58,934 bases of DNA from Octopus bimaculoides (GCF_001194135.2 NC_069006.1:2487765-2546698); one strand, 5' to 3'; numbered from the stretch's first letter, positions 1 to 13,744 are shown. Notes: generated from the sequence alone by a model not told the origin. A program made the numbers and translations.

Positions 1-76
1 ATTTGTGGCTATCATACCATGAGCTGGCCTTCCCTATTTTCTTCTTAGTCCTTTCTATGGTGTTCCATGATTTGCT

Positions 77-116
<40 letters not shown>

Positions 117-119
<3 letters not shown>

Positions 120-445
120 TCATCATCATCATTTAACATCCGCTTTTCATTCTAGCATGGGTTGGATGATTTGACTGAAGACTGGTGAACCGGATAACTG
201 CACCAGGCTCCAGTCTGAGCTATCAGAGTTTCTACAGCTGGATGCCCTTCCTAACGCCAACCACTCCGAGAGTGCAGTGGGTGCTTTTACGTGCCACCAG
301 CACGAGGGCCAGTCACGCAGTACTAGCAATGGCAACGCTCAAAATGGTGTTTTTTATGTGCCACCTGCACAGGAGCTAGTCCAGTGGCACTGGCAATGAC
401 CTCGCTCGAATGCTTTTCTAATGTGCCAACAGCACAAGTGCCAGT
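117..445 (-). mobile_element. Retroelement 3'-end/SINE-like dispersed repeat with (ATG)n tail
   Basis: (CAT)n tail at 117-131 followed by a non-coding body that resembles RTE-type 3' ends; family assignment from recall only. Confidence 0.4.
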
Positions 446-869
446 CCCTAGTTTCTGAGGCACATCTATCCCTAGTTTCTGAGGAATTAAGCTTCTTACC
501 ACATTGCCACACCTGCACCTATAACAACAATAAATGCCCTGATACAGTAACAGGCAGTGGCTTCCATGGTTTTTAATCCAAACTGATTGGAAGTGCTATC
601 ATGTATGTTTTGTCTTGGTATAAAAGATGGGCTACAGCAAATATTCTGCTCAATACCACAGATTTGCTTGTCAGTTTTTGACCTTATCCAGTTGAGCACG
701 TCCCTTGGTGGCTGATGATTTTTGCATCTCTGATCTTGGGGGAGCATCATAGACATGTGTTGAGAGGAATTCTTTGGGATTTGAAGGTGTGTTTCATTCA
801 TCATCCTTAAACAAACCTTTTTCAGGGACCTTTTCAGCAGGATGGGTCTCAACTGCAAAGTCATGTGGT

Positions 870-1038
870 ATTTATCTTGATATATGATCACATTGTCATG
901 CACATATGGTTGTGATGAATGTGCCTGGTGTACCCTTATCAGATGGGTATTCATGATAGGTATACTGGGCTTCGTTTATTTGTACCCCAGTGTCACTTTG
1001 ATGGTATGCACTGCTCTCTTATTTAATAATAATAATAA
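870..1038 (+). mobile_element. Dispersed repeat 3' end with (AAT)n tail; second copy at 27225-27405
   Basis: Direct similarity between the two copies (gcacatatggttgtgatg..ccccagtgtcactttgatgg), both ending in (AAT)n. Confidence 0.6.
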
Positions 1039-1218
1039 GAAGAAAAGTAGTACTGCTACCGTAACCACCCTGATCACAACTATTCTTACTCCAGTGACCA
1101 ATACTACCCAGTCAGTCACCTACACCACAACCTCCATCTTCATCACTACTACCACCATCAACTTTATCAATATTAATGCCATTTTTTACCACCAACATTT
1201 CTATCTCTTTTCTTGTAG

Positions 1219-1428
1219 GGAGAGGCACAGGTGGATATTCAAAACCATTTTCAACTGACACCATTTCTCCTGGCTGCGAGTGGAGACCGTATAGGTTTGC
1301 TTGAATTACTGTTGACAAACGGGGCTGATATCAAGGCCGAAGACAAAGATGGCAACACCTGCCTTCATTTCGCCATCTCAAAGCAGACTATCTATGCTAG
1401 TGATGAAGATTTGAAAATACTAGCAGAC
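1219..1428 (+). CDS. MIB2: Paralogue A exon, ankyrin repeats (GEAQVDIQNHFQLTPFLLAA...DGNTCLHFA...ILAD)
   Basis: ttcttgtag acceptor, GTAAGT donor at 1429; 210 nt, same length as paralogue B exon 35963-35754. Confidence 0.92.
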
Positions 1429-4294
1429 GTAAGTGACATTTAAATTTTATTCATTCATGTCTGTATGTGTCTATTTGAGGGTATTAAGCCTCAAATACAC
1501 ATATATGGAAGGGTAACAGGAAGAAAGAGAGAATGTCTGGGGCCTGTAAGTTTTTGTGCACATTTGTGTGTATGAGTGAGTGTTTGTGTAAGAATGTATG
1601 AGAGAGAGACAGAGTGATTGCGAGAGGGAAAGAATGTTTAATAGAGAGCCTGAGAGAGTGAATGAGAGACAGGGTGTGCTGGAGAGATGCAGAATATGCA
1701 TCAGCGAAAAGGAAAAGAGAGAGTGTGAGAATGAGACATGATTATCGAAAGGCACTACATTCTGGATTCATATCACGTGAACGATAAAAACCTACAGTGT
1801 GGAATTGAACCGTTAAAGATAGGATTGACCAGTCAATGATAGACTAAATGCATATTTCTGAGTGTTGACAGTTAGTGATGTGGATTAAACAAATAGAAGT
1901 GAAACTGCTCAGATTGTGTTGAGACTGAACAGATGGAAGAACAAACAGATAAAAGACTGAACATTGATGAGTTTAATCAGATATACGAATGTAATTTCTA
2001 TATCCTGCCACACAGTTTGGTATTTATAAATTATGCCTGTGGAGGTTTAATCAATGTGTTCATACGATATACTTCATGAGACTACCAAAATTCTCTGTCT
2101 CCAACTACTATCAATGACTACTCTTTATAAGAGTTTAGCTAGTCCATTATTCCAATCAGCCAGGGGTATCAATGACTCTCGCCACAACAGTAACCAAGCA
2201 AATTATTATATGACGCATGTAGGTTTCAGACAGAAAATGCAGTCATGAGAGAGAAGGCTGATGAGACTAGAGAGACTGAGTTGGGATGAACTAGCAATAA
2301 TCAAACTTGAACAAACTGTGATGGATCTGAACAGATAGCGATCAGACTGAAGAACTAAGACTATTTCTAAACAGATTGTGATGGAGCTGAATAAATAGTG
2401 ATTGGATTAAACAAATATTAATGTATTTAAACAGATAGTGATGGGAAGAAAGATGTAACTTAACAGAGAGTGTTAGAACTGGAAAATAATAAGAGAGACG
2501 ACTGTGCTGGTATGGTCATATGATCCAGTTTATTTTGGGTTGCACTGAGCTGTACAGATATAATGTAGGATCAATATAATAATCATAACAATGATCATTG
2601 GATGGAATTTACGCTTGATTCCAGTAATCACATGCCTATTAAGATCACAATCCGTATTCCTGGGATGATTACAGTGGTGTCCGTAGTTTCCATGGGAATT
2701 GGGTGGATCGTCTCCCAGGAATACAGACTGTGATCTTATGAGACATACGATTTGTGGCAATGTACATAATGATGCATTAAAATATTCATAAATTCCATCC
2801 AATTATTATTGTTATTATTACTATATATGCACGTATATATGTATGTGTGTGTGTGTGTGTGTATAGCCTTTACACACACACACATACACACACACACAAA
2901 TATATACAAGTGGGGTTAAAAAGTTCCTGCTTTGAGTAAAAGAAAATTCAGGAGGATCGGTTAATTATGATTTTATTTAACTCATTTTCCTCTCAGATTC
3001 ACACACTTATTGCAGCAGTCCTTCAGTTTTTCTAAATACTGTAAGAGAACTCAGAAGGTTGGGTCTCCAACCAGGCCTTTCACGATACCCATAAAGTCAG
3101 GAACTTTTCAGCACCCCCTCATATATTGGTTTCATTCTAACAATTTTTTCTTTTCTATTTTCCTTACTTGTACAGATTAGCATTCATCTTGGTTTAGAGG
3201 GAGATGAACTCCCTTGGGAGGTCATTGCCAGTTATTTAGTACAACAAGGTGCAGACATTTATCACAGAAACCACCAAAATGTTATACCATTGGACATCAT
3301 ATATGACCAATCAGCAATAGAGAAACTGGTGAAACTTGCCTCGATGTTGTAAGTATGGAAAGACAATGGCAACATAAACTCATTGCTTCTTGATTAAGTT
3401 TCAGAGTTAGATCCAAAAATTTTGCTTTTATTTTATGATTGCTTTTTCAAAGCGGGAAGGGCATCTGAAGAAGCAATGAAATTATTCTCAATGAGAGATC
3501 TAATACTGGGAAAGTTTCCTTTTGTATTAAGGCAGTAACCACCTTTTGTTTTTCTATAACATCACCTAGTTAAATCTCCTTTGCTCGTCCTCGACTGTGG
3601 CACAGACATTCCAAGCTGCCAGCCTCTGCCTAGCTTTCATCATCTGTGAACTTATTGGGTTGGCCAACTGCTGCCTGTTACCCACCACACATTCACACCC
3701 TAAATGAATGACTACCTACTTCTAAGTACACACAACACTTAACTGCCTGGTTTAAGCTCAAGCAGTTTTATGCTAACCATTCCTGACAGCACATAACCTT
3801 TTCATTCTTTATCTATCCGATCCAACTAATTAGATAACTGAAACCATTCTCTTAGACGTGTGTTTCCACATCTCACATACAACCAAAACTCACAGTACAA
3901 ATTCCTCTAAATTCTTTACTCATGTTTATGTTGTTGAGGTTAAGGCAATAAACATGAAAAACAATACTTGGAGAAAATCAATCGTCGCTATAAACTGGAT
4001 ACATTTCCTCAATACCAAAAATTCTTAAAATATATCATCACTCGAATTGCAAAAGATGCATCTTTGTATCGCACAGCTTTCAACGTCTTCTTCCTCCCAA
4101 ACTGCAATCAATCTGTCTGGTTCCTTACCAGATTTATGGAATTCTCTTTTCCTTTGCTTTCTCATCCATAATGGTTCTAGAAACAATATTGTTTGGGATT
4201 TTAACGTCTGCTGCTTGTTCCGCATCCAAAAACCACTCTGCACAAACAATGACAATTTCCTTTAAATCTATTCATTTCCTCTTCATCAGGCAGA

Positions 4295-4341
<47 letters not shown>

Positions 4342-5904
4342 TCTCTCTCTCTTTCTCTCTCTCTCACAAACACACACACACTAAGTACAATAACCTGTCC
4401 CTCTTGTTCTTTTCAAGACTATAAAGTCATGTGACCTGACAGAGTCCTAGTATTAGCCTCAATCTGTGTCTCCTAGTGCTAATCTCCATCCACGTAAGAA
4501 TCTTCAATCTCTCTTTCTTTTTCTCTCTCTCCTTCATTCTCTTTCTCTCACTCTTTCTCTCTTACACTCTCTCTATTTCTCTCTACACACAAAATAACAT
4601 CCGCATACACACATATGCAGATACAAGGATTTATCCTGAACTTAGCACACATACCCGGGTCTTATTCCTAACAAAAGAAAAACCTTCTGACTCAACGGCA
4701 CCGACTGCCAAAATCTCAAAGACAATGCAAACAGCCATTAACAATATACAACTACCTTCTCCAACATCTTGAATTCTTAATGACCACTAAAATCCCAATG
4801 GAGACTTGCCCTCATATATCATTCTCCTTTGTACACTTGATCGCTGAAAAATGTGTTGTTGCTCTCAATATGAGCAAAAAGTCTTTCGATCGAGTCTGGC
4901 ATATGAATGGTAAATCGATCTTACTATGGATCATTGGATTCCTCTCGATCATATTATTGATCAGAGCTTTTCTCTAATCTATGCAAAATCAACTCTAGCA
5001 ATCAGTTTTGACCCTGTTTCACTCACTCACTTTCACGGTACATAAACGACATACAATGATCAACAATGATCAATCCAACAATGACCACTCTTACACAGAA
5101 GTATTCACACTCCTTAACCTTCCATAATGAAACACCCTCCACTACAGCACGACTTCCTTATGTCAAACTTTGGAAACATTCTCGAATGTAATAATTACAG
5201 TCATGTTGCTTCCAACAATCAAAAGCCAGTCCTTGTACATATCAAGGGAACATTACAGCACTCCATCAAAACATTCACAACACAAAACTAACATTTCACA
5301 ACAACAGGAATATCACATCATCACCATGAATGTTTCCTGGTGAAGATGCATTCTAAAAATAACAAGACATACAGAATATCTTACATATACAAATTTTTAT
5401 GTACACAAAGTTTCATGTGCACAAGTTTTTATTTCCAAAATAACGAAAAACAAAACCCATTCTTATAAACAAAGGTTCATATACATGCTTTATTATACAA
5501 ACAAAATTTCATGTACAGAAAATTTCTGTATATATATAAATATATGTACATTTTTTGGTTACTAATATTTTTATCTGTCAAATTCAATATACACTAATAT
5601 CTATCAACAGATTTTTATATTCATGACATTTTGTTGTATATATATATATATCTAGACTCGGCTATGTCAAGATGGACTTAGGTGTTCTTCCTTACATTTG
5701 GATTTTTATATTTTGCTCTCTCCCACTTGGATTTAATATGTTGCCACATTTTGTAATATGTCTTTTTTCTACATTTTTTCATGCAGCTGAAGAATGCTCT
5801 TCATATTGCATTTAAGGTAATGCTCGCATTACTTAAATAAATTGAAGTAGCATGAAACGTGCGTACTGCAATCTCTTTTGAAATCCGTGTTGCTTATTGT
5901 TTGA

Positions 5905-5935
<31 letters not shown>

Positions 5936-6351
5936 GATATTAGGGATAAAATCCAAAATTACAGGTAAAAACACAATTAAAATCAATTTATTAAAAATTA
6001 AAATTAAACATAAATATATATACACATATGTGTGTGTGTGTGTGTATAGGCTTGGATATCGGCTCATGATCGTAAGGTCGTGAGTTCAATTCCCGGCGAC
6101 GCGTTGTGTCCTTGAGCAAGACACTTTATCTGACGTTGCTCCAGTTCACTCAGCTGGAAAAAATGAGTAGTACCTGTATTTCAAAGGGCCGGTCTTGTCA
6201 CGCTATTTGTCACACTGAGTCTCTTTCAGAACTATGTTAGGGGTACACATGTTTGTGGAGTCCACAGCCACTTGCACGTTAATTTCACGAGTACGGTGTT
6301 GCATTGATTGTATCAGCTGCGACCCTCATCGTCATAACTGACAGAGTACTC

Positions 6352-6390
<39 letters not shown>

Positions 6391-7968
6391 TACACACACA
6401 TATATACTCAGCTTGATATATACTAACTTTACTATAAACTACAATATTTGATGTGGAATAATATGTTTGTCCATTAGTTTGCTTTTGTAAATATTGTTTC
6501 CTTAACTGATTACTCTGTTTTTTTCTTTTTTCCATAGAACAACTGAACAGCCTAAGGAGGAAGATGCTGCAGAACCACAAAGTAATACCAGAGATTGTTT
6601 GCTGTGTTCTGAGAAACAGGCCACTATATTATTCCAGCCATGTGGTCATGTGTTGATCTGTGACGACTGCAGCAAAAATATTCCAATCGAAAAGTGCTTG
6701 CAGTGTTATGAGACTATAGTTAACAGATTGAAAATTCGTAAGCAAAATTTTTTTATATCTACACTATTAGTTTCTTTGCTTGTTAATATTTCTTTGTCTA
6801 TTAATTATCCCATTTTTCTGCCTGCCACCTTCTTTAACTATCAGCCAAATGATTTATCTGTTGATTTGCTCCCTTGTCTCTGTCAATATTTGTCTGGCTG
6901 GTTCCCCATCAAATTTCCAGTTCATTTATCTACCATTCAATCTCATTCATTGTTATTCTGTTTGGTTTTCTATTAATCCTTTTGCTCACCTACCTTCTTC
7001 ATATGAAGTTTTGTCAGTTAAAAGTTTGAAAGATTTCTTTCAATGCACCCAATTTGCAGTGGATATGAATGTTGTATGGCCAAAATTTCGGAATGGCTGG
7101 ATGGCTTTCTACTCCCTGTTGCAAAATGATCAAGTTCCTATATTCAAGATATCTTTGATTTTGTATCTAAAATCAAGAACTTTTTTAAGCGCCGAGGCTG
7201 TATTGAGGACTGTTTTTTGGTAACCATGGATGTTTCTTCCTTATATCCTAATATTGACCACAATGAAGGGGTAGAAGCATGCATGGATGCCTTCGAAAAG
7301 CAATCAAACAAAAGTATTCCATCAAATTTACTCTGTAGATTATTGAGGTTTGTGTTAGAAAGTAACTCAATGAAGCTTAGAAAGATTTTACCACCAGACG
7401 AAGGGTTGCGCCATGGGTACCCCCATGGCAGTTAATTTCGCTAATGTCTTTATGACGAAATTCGAGACACAGTTACTGAAGACATTCAAATCCCTTCATG
7501 GTCATGAACCAATACTATGGTTACGGTTCATTGACAACGTATTTTTTTTCTGGGAAGGATCACAGGATAGTTTAATGGACTTCTTGCATTTCTGTGACTG
7601 TTATGCTAGAAACTATGGCTTTAAGTCCAAACAAAATTTACGTCTAGTTTTTCAAAAACTAGCGTTGAATTTTTAGACACAAAAGTCAAGTTTTCTGGAG
7701 GCAGAATAGTGACAGAGTTACTGTGCAAGCCCAAGTCATGTTTATGTAATTGATGCAAAACAAGATATACGTTAGAAATGAAACTGAGGAAAGCGAGGGT
7801 TAATAATACATCCAACATGTATCATAATTATTCCATGAAAAAAAGAGAAGTAAAATTCAACTAAATTTTGTTTTATGTTTTTTATTCATTAAAACTTATT
7901 TTCATTCAGTTTTGATTTCCAATCTTTTCCATCATAGCTTCCAAAGTATTGTTGTATGCAAATGGCTA

Positions 7969-8013
<45 letters not shown>

Positions 8014-8260
8014 TGGTATTATGTAATGTGTACATTCAGATGTTTTGGTGAATATTTCTTGCATATTTGTCATTCCAGAAGATGATCATGAGGAGAGAGT
8101 TGTAGATTTGGTAACAAAGTTTACATGCAAAGTTTGTTTGAATCAATCTTGTAATGTGGCATTTGATTGTGGTCACATGGTTTGTACAAAGTGCGGAGAG
8201 CGTTTGGAGAAGTGCCATGAATGCCGTAAACCAATTCAAAAGAAATTGAATCTGTTCTAG
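1219..8260 (+). CDS. MIB2: MIB2-like ankyrin/RING E3 ubiquitin ligase, paralogue A, 3' partial gene (coding exons 1219-1428, 3176-3348, 6538-6737, 8079-8260; 5' exons lie outside the window)
   Basis: Four AG/GT-bounded exons with compatible phases (0,0,2,1) join into an open frame: ankyrin repeats, then RING (CLLC..CGH..CDDC..CLQC), then RING (CKVC..CGH..CTKC..CHEC), then TAG at 8258-8260. The domain order matches the MIB2 C-terminus (two RINGs). MIB2-like; orthology not proven. Confidence 0.88.
2308..2481. repeat. Degenerate 20-bp minisatellite (consensus about AACAGATAGTGATGGARCTG)
   Basis: About 8 imperfect copies; more decayed copies at 1860-1970. Confidence 0.6.
2905..3123. mobile_element. 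Mariner-derived MITE; second, 3'-truncated copy at 39899-40085
   Basis: Imperfect TIRs (ggggttaaaaagttcctg / caggaacttttcagcacccc), TA-flanked; the interior resembles the reverse complement of a mariner transposase C-terminus. Confidence 0.65.
3176..3348 (+). CDS. MIB2: Paralogue A exon, last ankyrin region (ISIHLGLEGDELPWEVIASYLVQQGADIYHRNHQNVIPLDI...KLASM); not in the ORF track
   Basis: Polypyrimidine tract plus tacag acceptor, GTAAGT donor at 3349; 173 nt, same length as paralogue B exon 33433-33261. Confidence 0.92.
3550..4290 (-). mobile_element. Decayed RTE-clade LINE 3' region; shorter homologous remnant at 32850-33030
   Basis: Remnant VLVVCEMW (compare VLLYGCETW) and SVPQ.R motifs; antisense in the equivalent intron of both paralogues. 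Confidence 0.5.
4690..4990 (+). mobile_element. CR1/L2/Jockey-type reverse transcriptase fragment
   Basis: VVALNMSKKSFDRVWH, compare VALDxSKAFDRVWH. Confidence 0.6.
5782..5870 (+). ncRNA. Type I hammerhead ribozyme with long stem II; GUA cleavage site (A5865)
   Basis: UGCAG/CUGCA stem I, CUGAAGA, AUGCU+CUUCA paired with UGAAG+AGCAU, GAAAC-GUGC-GUA. Confidence 0.75.
6045..6345 (+). mobile_element. tRNA-derived SINE; related copy on the - strand at 26720-27030
   Basis: B-box-like GAGTTCAATTCC, gtgtccttgagcaagacac central domain, 3' body shared with 39395-39780. Confidence 0.7.
6538..6737 (+). CDS. MIB2: Paralogue A exon, first RING finger
   Basis: ccatag acceptor, GTAAGC donor; all eight Zn ligands present in CLLC-x11-CGH-x3-CDDC-x8-CLQC. 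Confidence 0.92.
7190..7830 (+). mobile_element. Penelope-like element RT fragment (frameshifted) in the last intron of paralogue A
   Basis: TMDVSSLYPNIDH, MGTPMAVNFANVFM and WLRFIDNVFFFW motifs. Confidence 0.85.
8079..8260 (+). CDS. MIB2: Paralogue A terminal exon, C-terminal RING finger plus stop
   Basis: cattccag acceptor; [26 protein letters not shown]; 182 nt as in paralogue B. Confidence 0.93.
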
Positions 8261-10095
8261 ATCGATGCAATTTGCTTTGCTAACCGTGATATTGTGAAGT
8301 TTAAATTTAAATCATTTGTTCTCTTAAAATGATTTCTGTATAAAATATAAATATATTCAGATTAAATGTAAGATATATATAAAATATATTTAATTTAAAG
8401 ACAAAATACCTATAAAAAATTATGAAAATTATTAATTTGACCTGTGTTTTGATTTTTAGAATAACAAATATTATATTAGGTGCTAATTAACAATAGTAGT
8501 TTTGATAAACATAATCGATGATATTATAACAAATTTAAAGCACTGTTATATATCTTATATATATATCTCAGGTTTGTAATATAATCTTTATATAATCTTT
8601 ATTGTAATATAATCTTTATAAATTTTTTTTCGGAGATAAACAACATCATTAATGATATATGGATGACTTAATGAAACAGTTTATATATAAGTGCTCCTTA
8701 TTTATATTTTTTGTATGTATTCCTATTATAGAGACAAATGAAAGAAAACGTATGAGGCTAGTTCTCATCATAGCTTTCTTTCTTGATGTATAAAAATGTA
8801 CACAGGGTTTCAAATGTGGCTTTTGCCATTTCATGATTGCAATTTCATTTAAAACACATTACATAATTTTATATATGTACATGTGCATGAATGCATGTAT
8901 ATACCATATATGCTGGTATATATAATCTGAAAATTTGGTCCCAGATTTTGACCTTGGGAAAGTTAACTCAGCTTATTTGCTGGTCATACATGAATTGTTT
9001 TCGAGTATATTTTAAGATATATTTGTAATCCAAAGCCAATATTTTGGTGAGCTATTTTATATAAGAAACTAAATAACCAATTAATTGGAAAGATGAGAAT
9101 GTTACAATTCAAAAGATCAACATGATGCTTCTTAATGATTTTAAATGAAATAGATGCAGAATTATTTAAANNNNNNNNNNNNNNNNNNNNNNNNNNNNNN
9201 NNNNNNNNNNNNNNNNNNNNNNNNNNNNNNNNNNNNNNNNNNNNNNNNNNNNNNNNNNNNNNNNNNNNNNNNNNNNNNNNNNNNNNNNNNNNNNNNNNNN
9301 NNNNNNNNNNNNNNNNNNNNNNNNNNNNNNNNNNNNNNNNNNNNNNNNNNNNNNNNNNNNNNNNNNNNNNNNNNNNNNNNNNNNNNNNNNNNNNNNNNNN
9401 NNNNNNNNNNNNNNNNNNNNNNNNNNNNNNNNNNNNNNNNNNNNNNNNNNNNNNNNNNNNNNNNNNNNNNNNNNNNNNNNNNNNNNNNNNNNNNNNNNNN
9501 NNNNNNNNNNNNNNNNNNNNNNNNNNNNNNNNNNNNNNNNNNNNNNNNNNNNNNNNNNNNNNNNNNNNNNNNNNNNNNNNNNNNNNNNNNNNNNNNNNNN
9601 NNNNNNNNNNNNNNNNNNNNNNNNNNNNNNNNNNNNNNNNNNNNNNNNNNNNNNNNNNNNNNNNNNNNNNNNNNNNNNNNNNNNNNNNNNNNNNNNNNNN
9701 NNNNNNNNNNNNNNNNNNNNNNNNNNNNNNNNNNNNNNNNNNNNNNNNNNNNNNNNNNNNNNNNNNNNNNNNNNNNNNNNNNNNNNNNNNNNNNNNNNNN
9801 NNNNNNNNNNNNNNNNNNNNNNNNNNNNNNNNNNNNNNNNNNNNNNNNNNNNNNNNNNNNNNNNNNNNNNNNNNNNNNNNNNNNNNNNNNNNNNNNNNNN
9901 NNNNNNNNNNNNNNNNNNNNNNNNNNNNNNNNNNNNNNNNNNNNNNNNNNNNNNNNNNNNNNNNNNNNNNNNNNNNNNNNNNNNNNNNNNNNNNNNNNNN
10001 NNNNNNNNNNNNNNNNNNNNNNNNNNNNNNNNNNNNNNNNNNNNNNNNNNNNNNNNNNNNNNNNNNNNNNNNNNNNNNNNNNNNNNNNNNNNNNN

Positions 10096-10136
<41 letters not shown>

Positions 10137-10354
10137 GTATGTAAAGACAAAGAGAGGGAGAAAGAGCAGTTAAAGCCAAACCCCAAAGTGTTGAATGGCC
10201 GTTTATATTTTTTAAAGACATTACAAGTTACAATACACACACACACACACACATATATATATATTGGGAGAATTCCCCCAAAGACAAAAGATGAAGACAG
10301 GTGGTGTAGAAAACAAACGGATGTATTAGTTTAACACTCAGGAAGTGAAAAAGT

Positions 10355-10390
10355 CTTTAACATTTCGAGCCTATGCTCTTCAACAGAAAG
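10355..10390 (-). ncRNA. Minimal hammerhead-like motif, CUGUUGA family
   Basis: CUUU CUGUUGA A GAGC-AUAG-GCUC GAAAU GUU AAAG; same dispersed repeat family as 50680-50830. Confidence 0.5.
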
Positions 10391-12061
10391 GAACACAGAA
10401 AGAAACAGGGAGAGAAAATGAAGAATGTGTAGTGGCTAGCGATCTATCATGGATATATATATATATATATATAAACACATCTAAAACAGATGTAGTAAAC
10501 CACAATAGATCTGTTGTTATTTGTGTATATANNNNNNNNNNNNNNNNNNNNNNNNNNNNNNNNNNNNNNNNNNNNNNNNNNNNNNNNNNNNNNNNNNNNN
10601 NNNNNNNNNNNNNNNNNNNNNNNNNNNNNNNNNNNNNNNNNNNNNNNNNNNNNNNNNNNNNNNNNNNNNNNNNNNNNNNNNNNNNNNNNNNNNNNNNNNN
10701 NNNNNNNNNNNNNNNNNNNNNNNNNNNNNNNNNNNNNNNNNNNNNNNNNNNNNNNNNNNNNNNNNNNNNNNNNNNNNNNNNNNNNNNNNNNNNNNNNNNN
10801 NNNNNNNNNNNNNNNNNNNNNNNNNNNNNNNNNNNNNNNNNNNNNNNNNNNNNNNNNNNNNNNNNNNNNNNNNNNNNNNNNNNNNNNNNNNNNNNNNNNN
10901 NNNNNNNNNNNNNNNNNNNNNNNNNNNNNTATATATATACGTACATATATATATCTTATGATATTTAGTTTGTATTATATTATACTTTTTTATTGTACTT
11001 TTAATTATAATTTTTTCTATATGTGACAGTGGATTTTCATCGATGAGTTCATGAACCTTGGTTCTATTCCCTAATACTATATATTTATATATATCTATAT
11101 ATATATCAGGCACAGGCCATCAGTAATTACTCAGAGTAATCAGCTGGTTAAATTCAAGGATAAAAATATATCAAGATATAAAGAGAATCACTGCCCATTG
11201 CGAGAAAGGGGAGGAGAAGGGAAACGATCTAAAACTGAAAGAAAACAAAAACACAAAACTAAGTGAAACACAACTGTGCAACAGAGTTGAAGGCAGATTT
11301 ATTTCTGCCTTTATAGCACATAAAGAAAATGTTGCAGGAATGTATGCTGTACGTGTACCACAGCATTACTATGCATAGCTTAAATACTGAGATTGAAAGC
11401 CGGGGAGAATTATGCCTACCTAATCGACAAAAAAATAAAATATTTTGCATTTTATGCTTAGTAAAAAGAGTAACCTTCATAATTTTATTGAATTAGGTGC
11501 ATAGTTTGACAAAAAAGTAAATGTTGCTATTGATCTATTTTATTCAAGGTTGACACTGCATACCCTGCCCACCTAGGTGGCATGTCACTGATATGTAGAT
11601 ATAAATTTTTATTCCTATATAGTATATCATATGAACTTATAACACACTATGTTTTATATAATACCGACGTTTTTATATCTTATCATGTGTGTATTTTGTA
11701 CTTGTTTTACTTATATATTTTTAAAATGCCTATGTATTTATAAATGTTTTTAAATAATTTTGTATATTTGCGGGTTTATAAAAATATATATATGTCTATA
11801 TGCTTGTATGTTATTAATACTTCTATTAAATTGAGCTGTATGCCGCTTTAATAATGTCGAAATAAATGTGCATATATATTGTATATTCTGCTGGATAATA
11901 GGTCATGTTCATCTAGTTCTCCGCTCGTATTGCCTCCACTCAAATTATCAATTAGAACTTAACTCAACCTGAGCACTTCGAGTCTAGCCTGTCTACGAGT
12001 ATTGTTAATAAATAACAATGTCTATAAAAATAATATAATTTATATTTATATNNNNNNNNNN

Positions 12062-12778
12062 GCATATTCGGCATAGTTTGCTTTATGAGTTCAATAAAGG
12101 CAACAACACAACGAAAAGTGCGAGGAAAATTAATGCAGCATATGGGGAGCAGACAAAAAACGTAACCAGTATAAACGGTGGTTCCAGAAATTTCGAACTG
12201 GAAACTACAGCCTAGAAGACGAGCCTTGTCCTAGAAAATCTATAGGGCTTGATGAGGACGTCCTGCAAACTGTAGTGGAACAAATTTCCATCGTTGCTGT
12301 TGAGGAACTAGCAGAGAAGCTTGGATTTGGTCAGTCAACCATTCATTGACACCTGCGCTCGAAGAAAAACGACCATCTTTGGGTACACCTATCAGAATAA
12401 TGCTTGGCTACATACAGTGAGGATGACATTCCAAAGGGTGGAGAAGTTTGAATGGGAAACGATGCCCCACCCACCATATTCGCCGGATACTGACCCATCT
12501 GATTATCATTTATTCCGCAGTCTTCAAAATCATTTTGACGGAAATAATATGAATTCTGTAGATGAGGTCAGAACAGTACTGGAGTATTTTACATCATGGA
12601 CAAGTGAATTTTGGAAGCGGGACTTTGCAAGTCTAGCTGATAGGTGGAAGAGCACTGTAAAAAAAAAAATGAAAATGAAGGAGAGTATATTTTAGATTAA
12701 AAAAACAACTTTGTTTATCTTAAGTTTGAAAAATAAAAGAAGTATAAAAAACGCATTAGTTATGAGATGACCATATAT
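12062..12778 (+). mobile_element. Mariner transposon, internally deleted remnant
   Basis: N-terminal HTH (LLYEFNKG..INAAYG..WFQKFRTGN) joined to HPPYSPDTDPSDYHLFRSLQN; TA-flanked right end. Confidence 0.85.
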
Positions 12779-12814
12779 ATAGATATATATATATATATAT
12801 TACTCTTTTACTCG

Positions 12815-13017
12815 TTTCAGTCTTTTGACTGCGGCCATGCTGGAGCACCGCCTTTTAGTCAAAGAAATCGACCCCAGGACTTATTCTTTGGAAGCCTAGT
12901 ACTTATTCTATCGGTCTCTATAGCCGAACCACTAAGTTACGGGGACATAAACACACCAGCATCGGTTGTCAAGCGATGTTGGGGGGACAAACACAGACAT
13001 ACAAACACACACACACA
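12815..13017 (-). mobile_element. tRNA-SINE 3' half (family of 25652-26070)
   Basis: tactcttttactcgtttcagtc..gcggccatgctggagcaccgcc matches the reverse complement of 26010-26070. Confidence 0.7.
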
Positions 13018-13708
13018 TNNNNNNNNNNNNNNNNNNNNNNNNNNNNNNNNNNNNNNNNNNNNNNNNNNNNNNNNNNNNNNNNNNNNNNNNNNNNNNNNNN
13101 NNNNNNNNNNNNNNNNNNNNNNNNNNNNNNNNNNNNNNNNNNNNNNNNNNNNNNNNNNNNNNNNNNNNNNNNNNNNNNNNNNNNNNNNNNNNNNNNNNNN
13201 NNNNNNNNNNNNNNNNNNNNNNNNNNNNNNNNNNNNNNNNNNNNNNNNNNNNNNNNNNNNNNNNNNNNNNNNNNNNNNNNNNNNNNNNNNNNNNNNNNNN
13301 NNNNNNNNNNNNNNNNNNNNNNNNNNNNNNNNNNNNNNNNNNNNNNNNNNNNNNNNNNNNNNNNNNNNNNNNNNNNNNNNNNNNNNNNNNNNNNNNNNNN
13401 NNNNNNNNNNNNNNNNNNNNNNNNNNNNNNNNNNNNNNNNNNNNNNNNNNNNNNNNNNNNNNNNNNNNNNNNNNNNNNNNNNNNNNNNNNNNNNNNNNNN
13501 NNNNNNNNNNNNNNNNNNNNNNNNNNNNNNNNNNNNNNNNNNNNNNNNNNNNNNNNNNNNNNNNNNNNNNNNNNNNNNNNNNNNNNNNNNTGAAAATGAA
13601 GGAGAGTATATTTTAGATTAAAAAAACAACTTTGTTTATCTTAAGTTTGAAAAATAAAAGAAGTATAAAAAACGCATTAGTTATGAGATGACCATATATA
13701 TAGATATA

Positions 13709-13744
<36 letters not shown>

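Noticed and set aside
496-954. 152-aa ORF at the window start
   Set aside because: Overlaps dispersed repeat sequence; no recognisable domain or splice context.
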